From the NCBI GenBank assembly GCA_964016885.1, contig OZ024740.1, positions 233,368,001 to 233,432,000 of the forward strand: a stretch of DNA of 64,000 nucleotides, given 5' to 3'. Within the stretch, counting starts at the first letter, position 1; each line of letters starts with the position of its first letter. This DNA comes from Eledone cirrhosa (taxonomy: Eukaryota). This document shows positions 11,850 to 25,489 of the stretch, in pieces. The translations under genes were made by a program, and so were the position numbers. The notes below the pieces were generated by a model. The model made no database searches, was not told where the DNA came from, and worked only from the letters and a program-made list of their open reading frames with translations.

Positions 11850-14690
11850 TGGCTCCCTTCTGTTTCGATAGACAATGGATTGTGCCAGGGGGGGGGGGGC
11901 CTAGTTTGATGATAAGCAGCGTCTGCTGTGACTGATCAGCCCAATAACGGAATGGCAGTCTTTGGCACAGTTGCTGTACGTGAAGGTCGATGGGTACGCC
12001 TGGGTTGTTGCTGCAGTGGTCTTCCTCTCGTCTCGCCTGTCTGATCACAGCTGCGTCCTCCTTTCTTTAGCCGTGCAGGCAGAGCGGTCAGCAGCTGTCT
12101 CCTCCCAGTTGTCCACACCGATATCCGTAGTCCTCAGGTCGCGTTTGCATACATCCCTGTATCGCAGGCATGGACGTCCTATGGATCGGCATACTGTGGT
12201 GAGCTCACCGTACAAGATGTCTTTAGGAATGCGACCCTCCTGCATGCGGCGGACGTGCCCGACCCACCACAGTCGCCTCTGCGTGAAAAGGGCGTACATG
12301 CTTGGCATATTTGTCTGGTTTAAGATGTCTCTGTTTGGTACACAGTCCATCCAGAAGATGCCAAGGATCCGTCGAAGACACCGCATGTGGAAGCTGTTGA
12401 GGCGGCGTTCTTGTCGGACGTATGTTGTCCAGCTCTCGCTGCCGTAGAGTAGGGTGCTCAGTACGCAGGCTCGGTACACTGCGATCTTGGTGGTTATGGT
12501 GAGCATGTTGTTTTCCCACACTCTCCCGGAGAGCTTAGCCATGGCAGCAGCAGCTTTCCCGATCCATCTGTTCAGCTCCGGGTCGAAAGACAGGTTGCTG
12601 GAGACTGTCGATCCCAGGTAAGTGAACTCATTCACCACTTGCAAGCCGTGGTCGCCGACACTGATGCTGGGGACCTCTCCGACGTCCTGGCTCATGATCT
12701 CCGTCTTTTTCAGGCTGATGGTGAGGCCGAACTCTTGGAAAGCGAGTGCCAGGGAGCTGACCAGCCTCTGGAAACCTGGCTGGGTGTGGGATGTTAGGGC
12801 GGCATCGTCAGCAAAAAGGATCTCCCTGATCAGCACCTGGCGTACTCTGGTCTTGGCCCTAGGGCGTGCGAGGTTTAACAGCCTGCCGTCAGACCTGGTG
12901 TGGAGGAACACTCCGTCGTCGGACGTCCTGAAGTCATAGGACAGAACAAGGGAGAAGAAAATTCCGAAGAGCGTCGGCGCCAGTAGGCAACCCTGTTTCA
13001 CTCCACTCTGGATGGGGAACGGCTCTGACGGTGATCCGTCAACCTGCACCGTCCCCTGCATACCGTCGTGAAAAGAGGTGATGAGTTTCAGCAGTTTTGA
13101 AGGGCAACCTACCCTCCACAGGAGCGCAAACATCCCCCCCCCTGCTGACTAAGTCGAACGCCTTAGCCAGGTCGACAAAAGCCACTTAGAGGGGCTGCCT
13201 CTGCTCTCGACTCTTCTCCTGAATCTGTCTGAGTGAGAAGATCATGTCGATTGTGGACCTCTCCGCCCTAAAGCCGCACCGGGACTCGGGGTACATACGC
13301 TCTGCAAGTATTTGCAACCTCTTCAGGACCACCCTGGCGAATGCATTACCGACGGTGCTGAGCAGGGATATGCCTCTGTAGTTGTTGCAGTCGCTTCTGT
13401 CCCCCTTGTTTTTATACAGCGTGACAATGTTTGCATCTCGCATGCCCTTGGGGACAGAGCCTTCCTCCCAGCACTGGCAGAGCAGCTCGTAGAGATGGCC
13501 CAGAAGGGCTGGCTTCCCGCACTGGATGACTTCCGCAGGGATGCCGTCTTGGCCTAGTGCTTTGCCCCGAGTGAGTGAGTTGATAGCCCCGCTCAGTTCC
13601 TCCTTTGACGGGAGCAGGTCAAGCTCCTCCATGACAGGCAAAGCAGAAATGCCAGCGAGGACAGACTTGGTGACCACATTCTCAGTGGAGTAGAGGTTCT
13701 GGTAATGCTCGGCCCACCTCTCCATCTGCTCTGTCGGTCTTTGAGGACTTCGCCACCCTTGGACTTCAGTGGAGTGATCTTGGTGGTAGTGGGCCCGAAT
13801 GCTTTCTTCATCCCCTCGTACATCCCTTGCACGTTACCACTGTCAGCACAGGACTGGATGTTCTGACATAGGTTCTGCCAGTAGGTGTTGGCGCATCGTC
13901 TGGCCGTCCTTTGGGCGTCGCTTCTGACTGTTCTCGGAGTAGCCATGTTCTTGTCCGATGGGTCGCGCTTATAGTTGACCAGTGCTTCCAATTTGGCGGC
14001 AATGACAGGCTCCATCTCAGGCAGGTAAGCTCCAAACCAGTCTTGGTTTTTCCACTCCTTCTTTCCCAGGGATGACATGGCTATTCTGCAAGTGGTGTCA
14101 TGGATGAGCTGCCACCTCTCCTCGATGGATGTGGCTGCGTGATCTTTAAGAGCCTCCTCCATGCAGCTGGTGAATTCTGAGCGAAGCTCTAGGTTGGTTG
14201 CCCTGGCGGCGTTGATGCGTGGGCGGATTTTCCCTCCAGTGTGGTGGATCTTCTTTGGCGCCAGTCGGACCCTGCTGCACAGCAGGGAGTGGTCTGTATC
14301 ACAGTCAGCACTGTGGAAGCTGCGCGTGAGAAGCACACTGCCGAGGTGGGCTCGCCTGGCGATGATCACATCTAGCTGGTGCCAGTGTCCAGACCTTGGG
14401 TGCCTCCATGAGACCTGGTGTTGTGGCTTAGTCCAGAAGAATGTGCTGAAAATGCAGAGCTTCCGGTAAGAAAAAAGCTCCAACAATCTCTGGCCATTTT
14501 CATTCATCTTTCCTACGCCGAAGCGTCCGAGACAGTCTAGGCATGCCCTATGGTCAGATCCCACCCTTGCGTTGAAATCGCCCAGAAGGAAGATGGGCTC
14601 CGACCCTGGTATCTGGTTGATGGCGGTGTCGAGCTCCACATAGAATCGGTCTTTTATTTCTTGAGGAGAGCAGAGTGTTAGGGCATAAAC
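11850..14690 (-). mobile_element. RTE-BovB-like LINE (APE + RT), 5'-truncated, few frameshifts
   Basis: LLGDFNARVG, WRHPRSGHWHQLD, DCDTDH, NYRGISLLS, GVKQGCLLAPTLF, LFADDAAL, FTYLGS, C-terminal DCHS.IGL.SH..RC. Confidence 0.93.
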
Positions 14691-17325
14691 TCTCTCGCAA
14701 CATTCACCCACCTTTCAACAAACTTGCTAGAAGGTAGCACTTGCCTCTCCACCCTGATTTTCTTCTTCAAGTGAAACTTGAAAAAGTTAATTAGGGATTT
14801 GCCGAAGAGGAAAGTGTCTGTCTTTAACCCTTTCAACCTTGTCCACCACACAATCTCTTTCGCCATGGCCACCAGGCAGATGAAAACCGCCTGCCCTTCC
14901 TCCTTGAAGTAAGACGGCGAGACCATCTGCACAATGGACTCAGTCGATAACCGGATCAGACCTACACGTGACAGCAACTGTTCGACATAGCTCCACAGGT
15001 CAGCAATGCTCGGGCACTGAACGAGTGCCTGCACAACGGTTTCGTCGCTCTGCGCGCATCTCGGACAGGCTCGGCTGACGGCACTTCCGTGCCTGTAGAG
15101 CTTATCTCGAACCAGCAGCGCTCCCCGGTAGCACTGCCAGGCCAGGGATTTTTGGAAGTTATCCATAAGCCCTGGGCTGAAAGTTCTCCGGAAGAGAGCA
15201 AACAGCTGATCTTCTTCGACGCCCAGGATCTCTCCGAGAACGTCGTCGCTCTTCCCCTCCACTAGTCCTCTATAGAACGCCAAGGTGGATGTTCCACCGA
15301 TACTGGTGCCCAGCTGACAGAGGGCACTGAGTGCCTGGAGACATTCCAGTTTCCAAGCGCTATCCCTCGGTCTTTTTCTGACCCAGGACTGCAGCTCCAT
15401 CAAGGAGACGAGCTGTGGGAAAACGTGCCTGGCGAACGGCGACCACACCTGTTCACCGTCAAGGAAGCACCAGAGATGTCGCAGCCTCAGCCCATGTTTG
15501 CGCATCATCAGCCATGGCATGCCCAGTCCTCCACGCAACGGGTGTTGACAGCAGATGGATCTCTGACCATGGGAGCGCGTCACTTCCACAAAAAGCGGAA
15601 GAGGAGGCGATCCATTTTGGAGAGAGTTGGGCCGGGGCAAGGGGCGACGGTGAGGCGGTAGCAGATGACGGATGCGATGTACGCATTCGCCACCTCCGCC
15701 CGACTTTTCAGGGACAGCCTCCTCTCGGCCCATTTCTGGGTGAGGGAGGCCACCTTGCTCGTCACCTCGTTCCAGTGTTTCTCCATCTGGAGATCCGGTC
15801 CGAACCAGACCCCGAGCAATTTAACCGGTCCGTCCGTCCAACGCCCCACATCGCTGTCAGACGGGATGGACGTGCCTCTCCAGGTGCCGAGCTGCAAGCC
15901 CACCGACTTTTCCTGGTTTATCTTTGCTCCTGTCACCGCTTCGTATTCCTTGAGAGCGGTGCCGAGTATCTGGACGTATCTGGTGCTCAACACCACCACG
16001 GTGATGTCGTCGGCGTAAGCCGACTCGGATTTCCCGCATCCTATTTCGAAGACTGAGCGCATGATGCTGAACGGTTGCGACAGGTGACCGTTCACCCTCA
16101 CATCTGAGCAGATGTCGCTGTACATCGCAGCGATCCAACCCCTGAAAACGGGCCCGAAACCGGCTGCCTCGAGGACCGCCGCCAGGTACCGATGGTCGAC
16201 CCTATCGAATGCTTTGGATTGATCCAAGTTGATCAGGGCCCCTCCCGTGCCCGGTTCCTTAACCACCATCTCTATGACGTATCGCATGAGGTGGAGGTTG
16301 TCGTGTATGGATCTGTCCGGAATGGCGCATATCTGCGCCTCTCCCACCAGACTCTTGACGACAAGCGCCAACCTCGCTGCTAACACTTTGGCCAAGATCT
16401 TGAACTCTGCGTTTAGCAGGATTATGGGCCTGAAATTATCGATAACATCCCCCTTCTTCGGATCTTTTCTCAGCAGCGCCACCACTCCCCGGCTCCCAAA
16501 ACTGGGAATGCTCCCGTTCTGCTGCCAGTTGCAGTAGACGTCTGCCAAGAGGTCACCGAACAAGTCTGGCATATACGCATAAAGCTCGTAGGGCAGACCA
16601 GCCAAACCTGGCGATTTACCCCTCGTGCAGTTAGCCATTGCATCCCGTATTTCACCGGCAGTTATTGGCTTTTTGCAACACTGTGCTGCGGTCGTTGAGA
16701 GTCGAGGCAGTCCATCGAGGTATGCACTGAAGCCATTCCCCGATCCACCCGCCGCCGCTCCCGAACAGTTCAGCAAAGTGCTGCTGAAAAGCTTCACACA
16801 TCTGCTCGGGTTCGAGCAACACGCACCCGTTTTGGTCAGACAAAAACCGAATTGTGGCTTTGTTGCCACGTCGCGCCTCTGCCACCCGGGCCCATTGGAC
16901 GGCTTTTGTCCCCTCGTGTTTCAGAGCACGCGCTCTAGCTCTGACAACGCAGCCTTCGTGTTTTGCGTTGAAGAATTGGTCGAGTGCCAATCTCGCCGCA
17001 AGCAAGTCGGTTGCGATGCCTGTCCTTAACGCCTCTTCTAGCTTTCTGACTAGCTCTCCCTCTACTCTATTTTCCTCTATCACTAGTCCTTTGCTAAACC
17101 TAATCGACTCTACTTTAATTGCCCTTTTCAGGGCGAGAACCACCTGTTGTTGACGGCCGCTCCCGTCAACGCCCGTTTAACTAATGCGCTAATCCGGTCT
17201 CTGTAGGCTTTGCGCGCCGGGAAAGACGCGTTCAGCTTCCAGTAACCGGGCCCTTGTCTATGAAGTCTGTCTATGTCGATCTCACAGATCTCAAATTTGT
17301 GGTCTGTGTAGTCGACTATAATACT
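14690..17325 (-). mobile_element. L1/Tx1-clade LINE ORF2 relic (copy 2, diverged from copy 1)
   Basis: YTDHK..GPGYWKLN (end of APE), NFRPIILLN, LDQSKAFDRVDH, AYADDIT, GGLGMP, CPRC..ETV....QC. Confidence 0.9.
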
Positions 17326-17329
17326 ATGA

Positions 17330-17598
17330 ATATTATATCTCACTCATTGATGTTATTGAACCAGTAAAATTAGCAAATCTGGCCAATTGTGTTCTAGTTC
17401 TTTATCTGTTTGATCCCACAAAATCTTCCCCCGGTCGTTTTCTATCACTGTCTCTGTCTTATGCTCATACCACTTCTCATAGTGGGGTAAGTCGTTAAGT
17501 TTGCCTAAATCTCAGTTGATCACTCTTCCTATATCTTGACTGTATCCTTTATAATGAGTCTGGTCTAGGTGTTTAAACTCGGATACGATGCAAGCCAC

Positions 17599-17679
<81 letters not shown>

Positions 17680-20580
17680 CAGATCCTACAGAAAAGGCTA
17701 GCTTCATCCTGGTCAATATGATGTTTCATCCACTTCATCCTAACGGATTGCTTCTCTGCAGCGAGCAACATTCCAGCTGTAGCTTCCTTAAATGTCCCTT
17801 TACTTTAACCAGACCCATGCCTGCATATCTCCGAATTATGTTTTCTTCAAGAAGACACTATGAAAAGTTTTTTTCATTCAGGCTGTTATTCCTCTTTGTC
17901 GTTACATCTTTGTTGGACATCATTTGATCTATTATCTCCTCCTTCAACACAGCTTTAAGGATTAGATCATTACTCTCAGGCACATATTTATGTAAACAGA
18001 TCTTTTCGATCCGAATATAGCCATCCATGTTGATAAGACATTAGCCGCCTTCAGCTCTATTCAAGTAAGTACAGTCCATCAACATTACCCTTATTATGAA
18101 ATATACTGTAGGTTGTCTTTCTATCCAGTTCTTTTTGCTCGTTTATATTCCATTTAAAAATTTCAACAATGTGCCTAATAATTGTTTCTACTTTTGGCAC
18201 AAGGCCAACAATTACCCAGTACATTATTAGTACTTTATTTTATCGACCCTGTAAGGATGAAAGGAAAAGTTAACCTCGGCGGGATTTGAACTCAGAATGT
18301 GCCTAATAATAGACGCAGTTCGGAAAGTTAATGCACCATCATGGCATTCCTACTATTCAGCTGTGATTTTAGTATCTTTAGTACTCTACTCATGTATTCA
18401 AATCGTATCATCTCCTTCATTTTATTTTCCTCCAAAACACCCAAATACTCATAACCTTCTTTGGTGTTGATCTCCGTTATAACCTATTCTGTTGGTATCT
18501 CGATTCCTTTGCTTCGTTTCAGTTTTTCCCTTCTGATCACTAGGACTCCACACTTACTAATACCAATTTCCATACAAATTTCATTGCTGAAAATACAAAG
18601 TGTGAACAGGTATATTTAACTCATTCTCGTTCTAGGTCGTACATGAAGAGGAGGTGGTTCATAGTAAGCTCTCCTTCTCCTAGTTGGGTAACCAGACTTC
18701 ACGCATCGCAGTACGAGGGACAAGTGGATGAGGGTAAGGACAAACAATATAAAAGACAGACTATCTCTTTTGGAAGATACATCCTGCCAAGGATTTTCAA
18801 TCCTCTCAAGGATTCTCCCCCGATGTTAACTCTGTCTCACAGTTGTTATTACGTAATAGTAGTCTGATGCTGTCTGCCACCATAAAGATTTCTAGGCATT
18901 TGGTTATCAAAAAATCTCGAATGCCTTCCTGTAATCCCATGCCAAGACCACTCTGTCTCCTCTTGCAGTTCCTTATTATCATCTTTTTGATAAGTAACTG
19001 GTCTTTTGTAACACGGAACTTCATTAGGCATCCTTTCTGTTCCTCCTGCAATAAGATATTTATGTCGAGGTGATGGCAGATTTCCTCAGACATAATGCTT
19101 GTTAGCAATTTCCACATCAAGGACAGGCATGTGATAGGCCTATAGTTGGTAACGTCATCTCCCTCGGCTTGGTCTTTAACTATTGGAACAGTGGTACCTT
19201 TTGTCAACCACTGCGGTATCAAGCAATCATTGAATGGACAGAGACTGAACAGAGACTTGATTTCCAGTCAGTGAACTTATTGACCTGTTTTAAGGGTTTT
19301 AAATCAGGTTGTTGGTGTGCTTGTCCATTAATTTAATTTTTAAAAGTCTAAATCCACTTTGCCCAACTATTATGCTCAACATTCTGCTACCAAATCTTTC
19401 TCCAAAATCTGTTGGTCTGCCCAGCCTCAGGAATAGCATCATTGGCGCTTTCCATCCTATCTAGCTGTTCAAATAACATTTTTTGTGTTGGTGTTGAACA
19501 TGCGACTTTGACTATACTGCTCAATTCTGATTCCAGTTCTTTTTATGTTTGCAGTTTAGGCTATGACACGTTTTTTTTTAGTTTCTCTATTATAATACTT
19601 AGCTCTTTTCCCTTTTGTGTTGTATTTCCTTGTCAATCTATCCTTGGTATCTACGCATTGCAATGTCCCAGTTAATAAAAACTCAAGTTTTCCTATGTCA
19701 TTTCTTATTTCCTTGAGTTGGCCATTCAACCGCTTCTTCCGCCAAGTTTCTGTCTTTTCTTGTCTGTTTTCCCTTGTTTTGATACCAAGTAATTTTTTCA
19801 CTACATTTGCAGCTGTTTGGAAGATTTTATAGCATTGGTAATGATTCCTTGTCTCAAGGTATGGGACGATCCTGTTTACCTTAGCTGTCATCTCTTTTAA
19901 CATTTTTCTTGATACAAATACTAGATTCATAGACATTCCACAAACATTATTTATTTCATCCAATATTAAATTCAGAATATTAACAAAATATTCCCCTAGT
20001 CCGTCAGTGTTCATTTTATCAACGGCCGTATCTTTTCTCCAGATGTTATTTATCTCAAAATTTGGATCACTGTCTTCTTCAAGTTCTTCCTCAGATCTCC
20101 CAATCACTTCACACTCATTTTCTACTGGTTCATTTACCCGATTCGCTCCGCTTTCTACAGGCTCATTTTCCATCTACTCCATTTTACATTTCCAACTCAA
20201 TCTTTCTATTCATTTCCTCCAACTCCAACTCTCTTATCCCACCTTTAATTCTTATTACAAGAGCCTCACTTGCTAGTTTTGATTCACTTAATTCAAGTAC
20301 ACCAAAATAGTTCCAGAATTTATGCAGCCTTTCTTAGTGGGATCAGATAACATTTCATTACAGTTGTATTCAATTCCTTCATCCAGTTGGTTCTTGCCTC
20401 ATTTCGCCTCCTTTCTCCGACAACACCGGTAGTTGGATGACAGCCGCGTACCTTCTGCTGGGCCAGGGAGCATTTGCGTGTGACAGCCTTCACATGAAGT
20501 TCCAGCCTCCTTTACACTGTTATTTGAACTATTAAAGATTTGACATTAGTTTAAGTTTTCACTACCGCCAGTATTTTTTA
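17330..20580 (-). mobile_element. Heavily degraded R4/Dong-clade non-LTR retrotransposon
   Basis: N-terminal WMKELNTTVMKCY..SESKLASE, PQWLTKGTT..NYRPITCL..EEQKGC..KDQLLI, CRICG, KWYEHK.ETVIENDRGKILWD. Confidence 0.8.
18178..18297 (-). mobile_element. 5'-truncated young SINE inserted in the R4-like element
   Basis: Consensus 3' part; TSD aatgtgcctaataat. Confidence 0.88.
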
Positions 20581-20590
20581 TCATCACACC

Positions 20591-20630
<40 letters not shown>

Positions 20631-20640
20631 TGTGGTGTAA

Positions 20641-20671
<31 letters not shown>

Positions 20672-21123
20672 TGAATAAAATAACAGGAGGCTGGACTGGT
20701 GTAAATCCTTGAAAAGTTTATTATACTATGATCATTTCAATGACCGGGTTCCGTATGAATCCGGTGATATCAGCAACTATTCGAAATATAACAAAGGAAT
20801 ATATAGAAATCGATGAGTCCGAAAATCAGAGACAGAGAGAACGACTGACCAACTAGCTGTTTTCACCTCCGTCAGTCGCCCTCAAGTGATGGCTATTCGG
20901 TCTACTTTTTCATATAAGACTCTCTCTGTAGTTTCATTAAATAAATCCCGCAACACAAACCTTTAATTTTCTATTAATTTTCTAATTAATTTTTTTAATT
21001 TCTTTTAACTCTTAATTTTTTTAACTTATAATTTAATTTCATCCTTTAACTATTAATATAAGTTAACGTTCCAATTTTCTGTTCACACATTTGACCATAC
21101 AGACACCCATTATATATGCCTTT

Positions 21124-21219
21124 GTTGACTTTGCCTTTCATCTTTACGGGGTCGATAAAATAAAGTACCAGTAATGCACTGAGTATTTCCTGGCCTTGTG
21201 CCTAAAGTAGAAACAATTA
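21124..21219 (+). mobile_element. 5'-truncated SINE inside the first direct repeat
   Basis: TSD tatatatgcctttgtt; the empty site is visible in the second repeat at ~23183. Confidence 0.9.
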
Positions 21220-21521
21220 TATATGCCTTTGTTAAAATATAGGTTCTTTGGAATAACATTTTTCGCGGCGTTTTCTTGCCTGACTGTAGTATGACCCATA
21301 CGCTGACTTTTCTTCTTTCTTTCTTCTCTTTTTTATTCTTTAACAGAGAGGTGGTAGTCCACTATAAGCCTTCGCCCCTTCACCAGATGGTCATTAGTAG
21401 ACCGAATAGCGATCACTTGAGGGCGACTGACCGAGGTGAAAATAGCTAGTTGGTCAGTCATCCTCTCTGACTCTGATTTTCGGACCCATGGATTTTTATA
21501 TATTCTTTTGTTATATTTCGA

Positions 21522-21579
21522 ATACCTGATGATATCACCGGATTCAAATGGAACCCGGTCATTGAAATGATCATAGTAT
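21522..21579 (+). ncRNA. Type I hammerhead ribozyme motif
   Basis: atac-CTGATGA-tatcaccgg..ccggtcatt-GAAA-tgatca-TA-gtat, followed by AATAAA. Confidence 0.8.
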
Positions 21580-23486
21580 AATAAACTTTTCAAGGATTTA
21601 CACCAGTCCAGCCTCCTGTTATTTTATTCATAATAATTAATTCCGTATTCGAACAACCAACTAAACAAACGAAGACGGGTGAACTGCACTACGTTGAGTA
21701 CTTTCCACAATATTACACCAAGATTGACCATACGGAATGACCAATTCTATCCAGTGGTGAACCAACAAACCTAAATAAATAATGCTCAGATAATTTTGAG
21801 CACCTTCAGATGTAATATTGAACAGCGGCACTGACTTCAGTGTACAGCTATTGCCAGCATGGGATTAACTGATCTACCTAACATTCGGATGTTGGCTGCT
21901 CTGTGCGTTGTCTACCGCCCACCCTATCCAATGCTGCTTCCTTGTCGGGAAATATTCGGATTCCGACAAAATTCTACGTATTATACTTAAAACATGTGTT
22001 GTATTGACTGAACTCTCTACTCTATACTTCAGGACTTTTTGTGATTCACACTGAGTTCTGGGACCCGAACTTACACTACGTACCACCTGATACCATTCCA
22101 TCTCTTCCATCCTCTATATCTATATGTATAACCTGGTATTATCTTACTGCAACTTAATCTATTTTGTATTTCCCCTTTGCTTTGATTCCTCCGATATGTT
22201 CTTATATACTTCCTCCGTCTCATTTCATCACTACTCTAGTTATGACGGCGTTTTATTTATTTATGTATTTTACTTGTTATTAATGTATCTTTGTATCCTG
22301 CTTTTATTTATTTGTGATTTTCTGCTTATTATTCCTTACTCAGGTCTTTATGCACCTTTCGTAGCTCCCTACCCACCAAAGAACCACACTACTTATAACC
22401 CGGACTAACTGGGACTTTAAAATAATTATAGTCTATTTTCATTGGGTTTTACCACTTTCGACTGATGTGGTGGCTTTCCAGGTTGTGCGCCGGGCGCTCG
22501 GAAAGTTCAGCCTTCCTTGAGTGCTTGGAAAAATAAATTTCCCCGCTTTCAGTAAATGAAATTACTCGGAACGGTGGGATTTGCCTTGGGGCCCGCCGCG
22601 CCGCCTGTTTTGACCGCCATATTATACTTACACCTATAAACTCTGGGCTTAGGCATAACTGTTAGCCGTATCATGCCTCCCTCTACTGGCACGTAAATAA
22701 ACCCGTCCTGTGTGAATTAATAGTATTCGTTTGGTATAGATGATGGCCTGTCGAAGATGGTAGACTTCCCGCTAGCACACCCGAAGCCTATGGCAGTCAC
22801 GTTCCTAGAGTACTCGGAAAAATTAATTTCCATTTCTTTTGCTAGACGATACCTCTCGAAACTGGTTGACGCGTGGTTAGGAGGTGCTGGCCGGGATTTA
22901 CAATCGAAAGCTTTAATCTTTACTCTATATCCCACCTTGTTGATAACTTATAGGGATTCCCAATAATATACATAAACTTTTTCATATAAGACTCTCTCTC
23001 TGTAGTTTCATTAAATAAATCCCGCAACACAAACCTTTAATTTTCTATTAATTTTCTAATTATTTTAAAAATTTATTTTAACTCTTAATTTTTTTAACTT
23101 TTAATTTAATTTCATCCTTTAACTCTTAACATGAGTTAACGTTCCAATTTTCTGTTCACACATTAGACCATACAAACACCCATATATATGCCTTTGTTAA
23201 AATATAGGTTCTTTGGAATAACATTTTTCGCGGCGTTTTCTTGCCTGACTGTAGTGTGACCCTTACGCTGACTTTTCTTCTTTCTTTCTTCTCTTTTTTT
23301 ATTCTTTGACGGAGAGGTGGTAGTACACTATAATCCTTCGCCCCTTCACCAGATGGTCATTAGTAGACCGAATAGCGATCACTTGAGGCGACTGACCGAG
23401 GTGAAAAGAGATAGTTGGTCAGTCGTCCTCTCTGTCTCTGATTTTCTGACCCATGAATTTTTATATATTCCTTTGTTATATTTCGA

Positions 23487-23544
23487 ATACCTGATGATAT
23501 CACCGGATTCAAACGGAACCCGGTCATTGAAATGATCATAGTAT
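23487..23544 (+). ncRNA. Type I hammerhead ribozyme motif
   Basis: Same motif as 21522-21579. Confidence 0.8.
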
Positions 23545-23779
23545 AATAAACTTTTCAAGGATTTACACCAATCCAGCCTCCTGTTATTTTATTAATAATA
23601 ATTAACTCCGTATTCGAACACCCAACTAAACAAACGAAGACGAGTGAACTGCACTACGTTGAGTACTTTCCATAATATTACATCAAGATTGAACATACGG
23701 AATGACCAATTCTATCCGGTGGTGAACCAATAAACCTAAATAAATAATGCTCAGATAATTGATTCTGACACAGCCTTTC

Positions 23780-25070
23780 TAATTTGGCCAACATCTTTAT
23801 AACACACACACATATTTTATTTTACTTAAATCTTCATTTTTTTTTTTTTTATTTGTTTTCTGTTTTCTTCCCTTTATTGCATTCTATTTCTTCATAAGCA
23901 AGGCACCCACCCCCCTCCCACCATCACCACCACCACGAGAAATGGTGGCAGGATGAATGAAAAAATACACAGATACTTCTGAATGTCAGCAGCAGCAAGA
24001 CCTAGGCTGACCGCAGCACCAAAACCACTACCAAAATGAGGTAGAGGTCAGATGTACTTAACAATAGCAAAAACAAACACTACAGGTAACCTCACCCCAG
24101 AAAGAATTTCTATAGACTTTTGACTGAGAAATGCTCTCACAACTGACCAATGGGAGGAGTGACCTTGCAAATCTTTCTAACGTTGAGATTCGTTATAACA
24201 CACACACATTTGATTTGATTATCTTATTTTGTTTTATTCTTTTACCATCCTGTTCCTCCTACCACTTTATCCAACATCTTTCTGACTTTGAGATTGGTTA
24301 TAGCACAAACACATTTTATTTTATTGGAATCTTCATTTTCATTTTTCATTTTTCATTTTTCATTTTTCATTTTTCATTTTTCATTTTTCATTTTTCATTT
24401 TTCATTTTTCATTTTTCATTTTTCATTTTTCATTTTTCATTTTTCATTTTTCATTAATTTTTCATTTATTTTCTATTTATTATTTATTTTCTGTTTTCTT
24501 CATTTTATTGCCTTCTATTTCTTCATATGCATGGCACCCCTCCACCCCACCCCACCACCACCACCACGAGAAATGGTGGCAGGATGGATGAAGAAACACA
24601 CATAGATACTTCTAAATGTCAGCAGCAGCAAGACTTTGGCTGACCACAGCACCAATACCACTACCAAAATAAGGGGAGAGGTCAGATGTACTTAACAATA
24701 GCAAAAACAAACACTACAGGTAACCTCACCCCAGAAAGAATTTCTATAGACTTTTGACTGAGGAATGCTCTCACAACTGACCAATGGGAGGAGTGACCTT
24801 GCAAATCATTCTAACATTGAGATTGGGTATAAAACACACATTTTATTTGATTATTTTATTTTATTTTGTTCCTTTACCATCTTATTCCTTCTACCACTTT
24901 ATCATTCTTTTGAGCTGACTCCAACACCAACACCACTACCAACATAAGAGTAGAGGTCAGATGTACTTAACAATAACAAGAACAACCGCTACAGATTGCC
25001 TCGCCTCAGAACGAATATCTATAGACTTTTGACTGAGGAATGTTCTCACAACTGATCAATGGGAGGAGAA
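23780..25070. repeat. Irregular tandem repeat (three copies of a ~150-bp block, ~630-bp larger period) with (TTTTCA)n
   Basis: agaggtcagatgtacttaacaat...ctatagacttttgactgag..caatgggaggag at ~24010, 24645 and 24920; hexamer run 24333-24455. Confidence 0.85.
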
Positions 25071-25224
25071 GATGTCCTTTGACGCTGAAATTCGTTTGTT
25101 TAAATTCATATGATTCCAGTTCCTCAGTGAAATAACAACCCAACCAGGAACTGGGCATATCAGAGTATTGACAAAGGTAAACACCTCAACAACATGTGTA
25201 CTCGTCTCTACCACACTAATTTGG

Positions 25225-25279
25225 ACTGCCTGAAGAGGTCACAGCCAAAGATGGCTCTCGCCGAAATATATATAGCAGT
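25225..25279 (+). ncRNA. Type I hammerhead ribozyme motif
   Basis: actgc-CTGAAGA-gg..cc-GAAA-tatata-TA-gcagt then AATAAA; family shared with 30030-30472. Confidence 0.8.
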
Positions 25280-25447
25280 AATAAACGAAGCCAAATTTTA
25301 AACATTTGACTTATTTAATTTAGTTTATTTTATATATATATAACCCAGAAAAAAGAGAGAGAGAAACAAAAAAGGAAAAAAAAATATTTTTCTTCCTCAT
25401 AATCGTCCCTTTCTCCCTATTTTCATATATATATATATACCAATGTG

Positions 25448-25489
<42 letters not shown>

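Larger units (their letters stand above)
20668..23760 (+). mobile_element. Non-coding Penelope-like/retrozyme element: inverted partial pLTR plus two ~790-bp direct repeats around a 1.2-kb core
   Basis: Inverted arm 20668-20906; direct repeats 20904-21795 and 22976-23760, each with an HHR; no long ORF. Confidence 0.8.

Noticed and set aside
23780-25070. CRISPR-like array
   Set aside because: Repeats are long and irregular with no unique equal-length spacers, there are no cas genes, and the context is eukaryotic.
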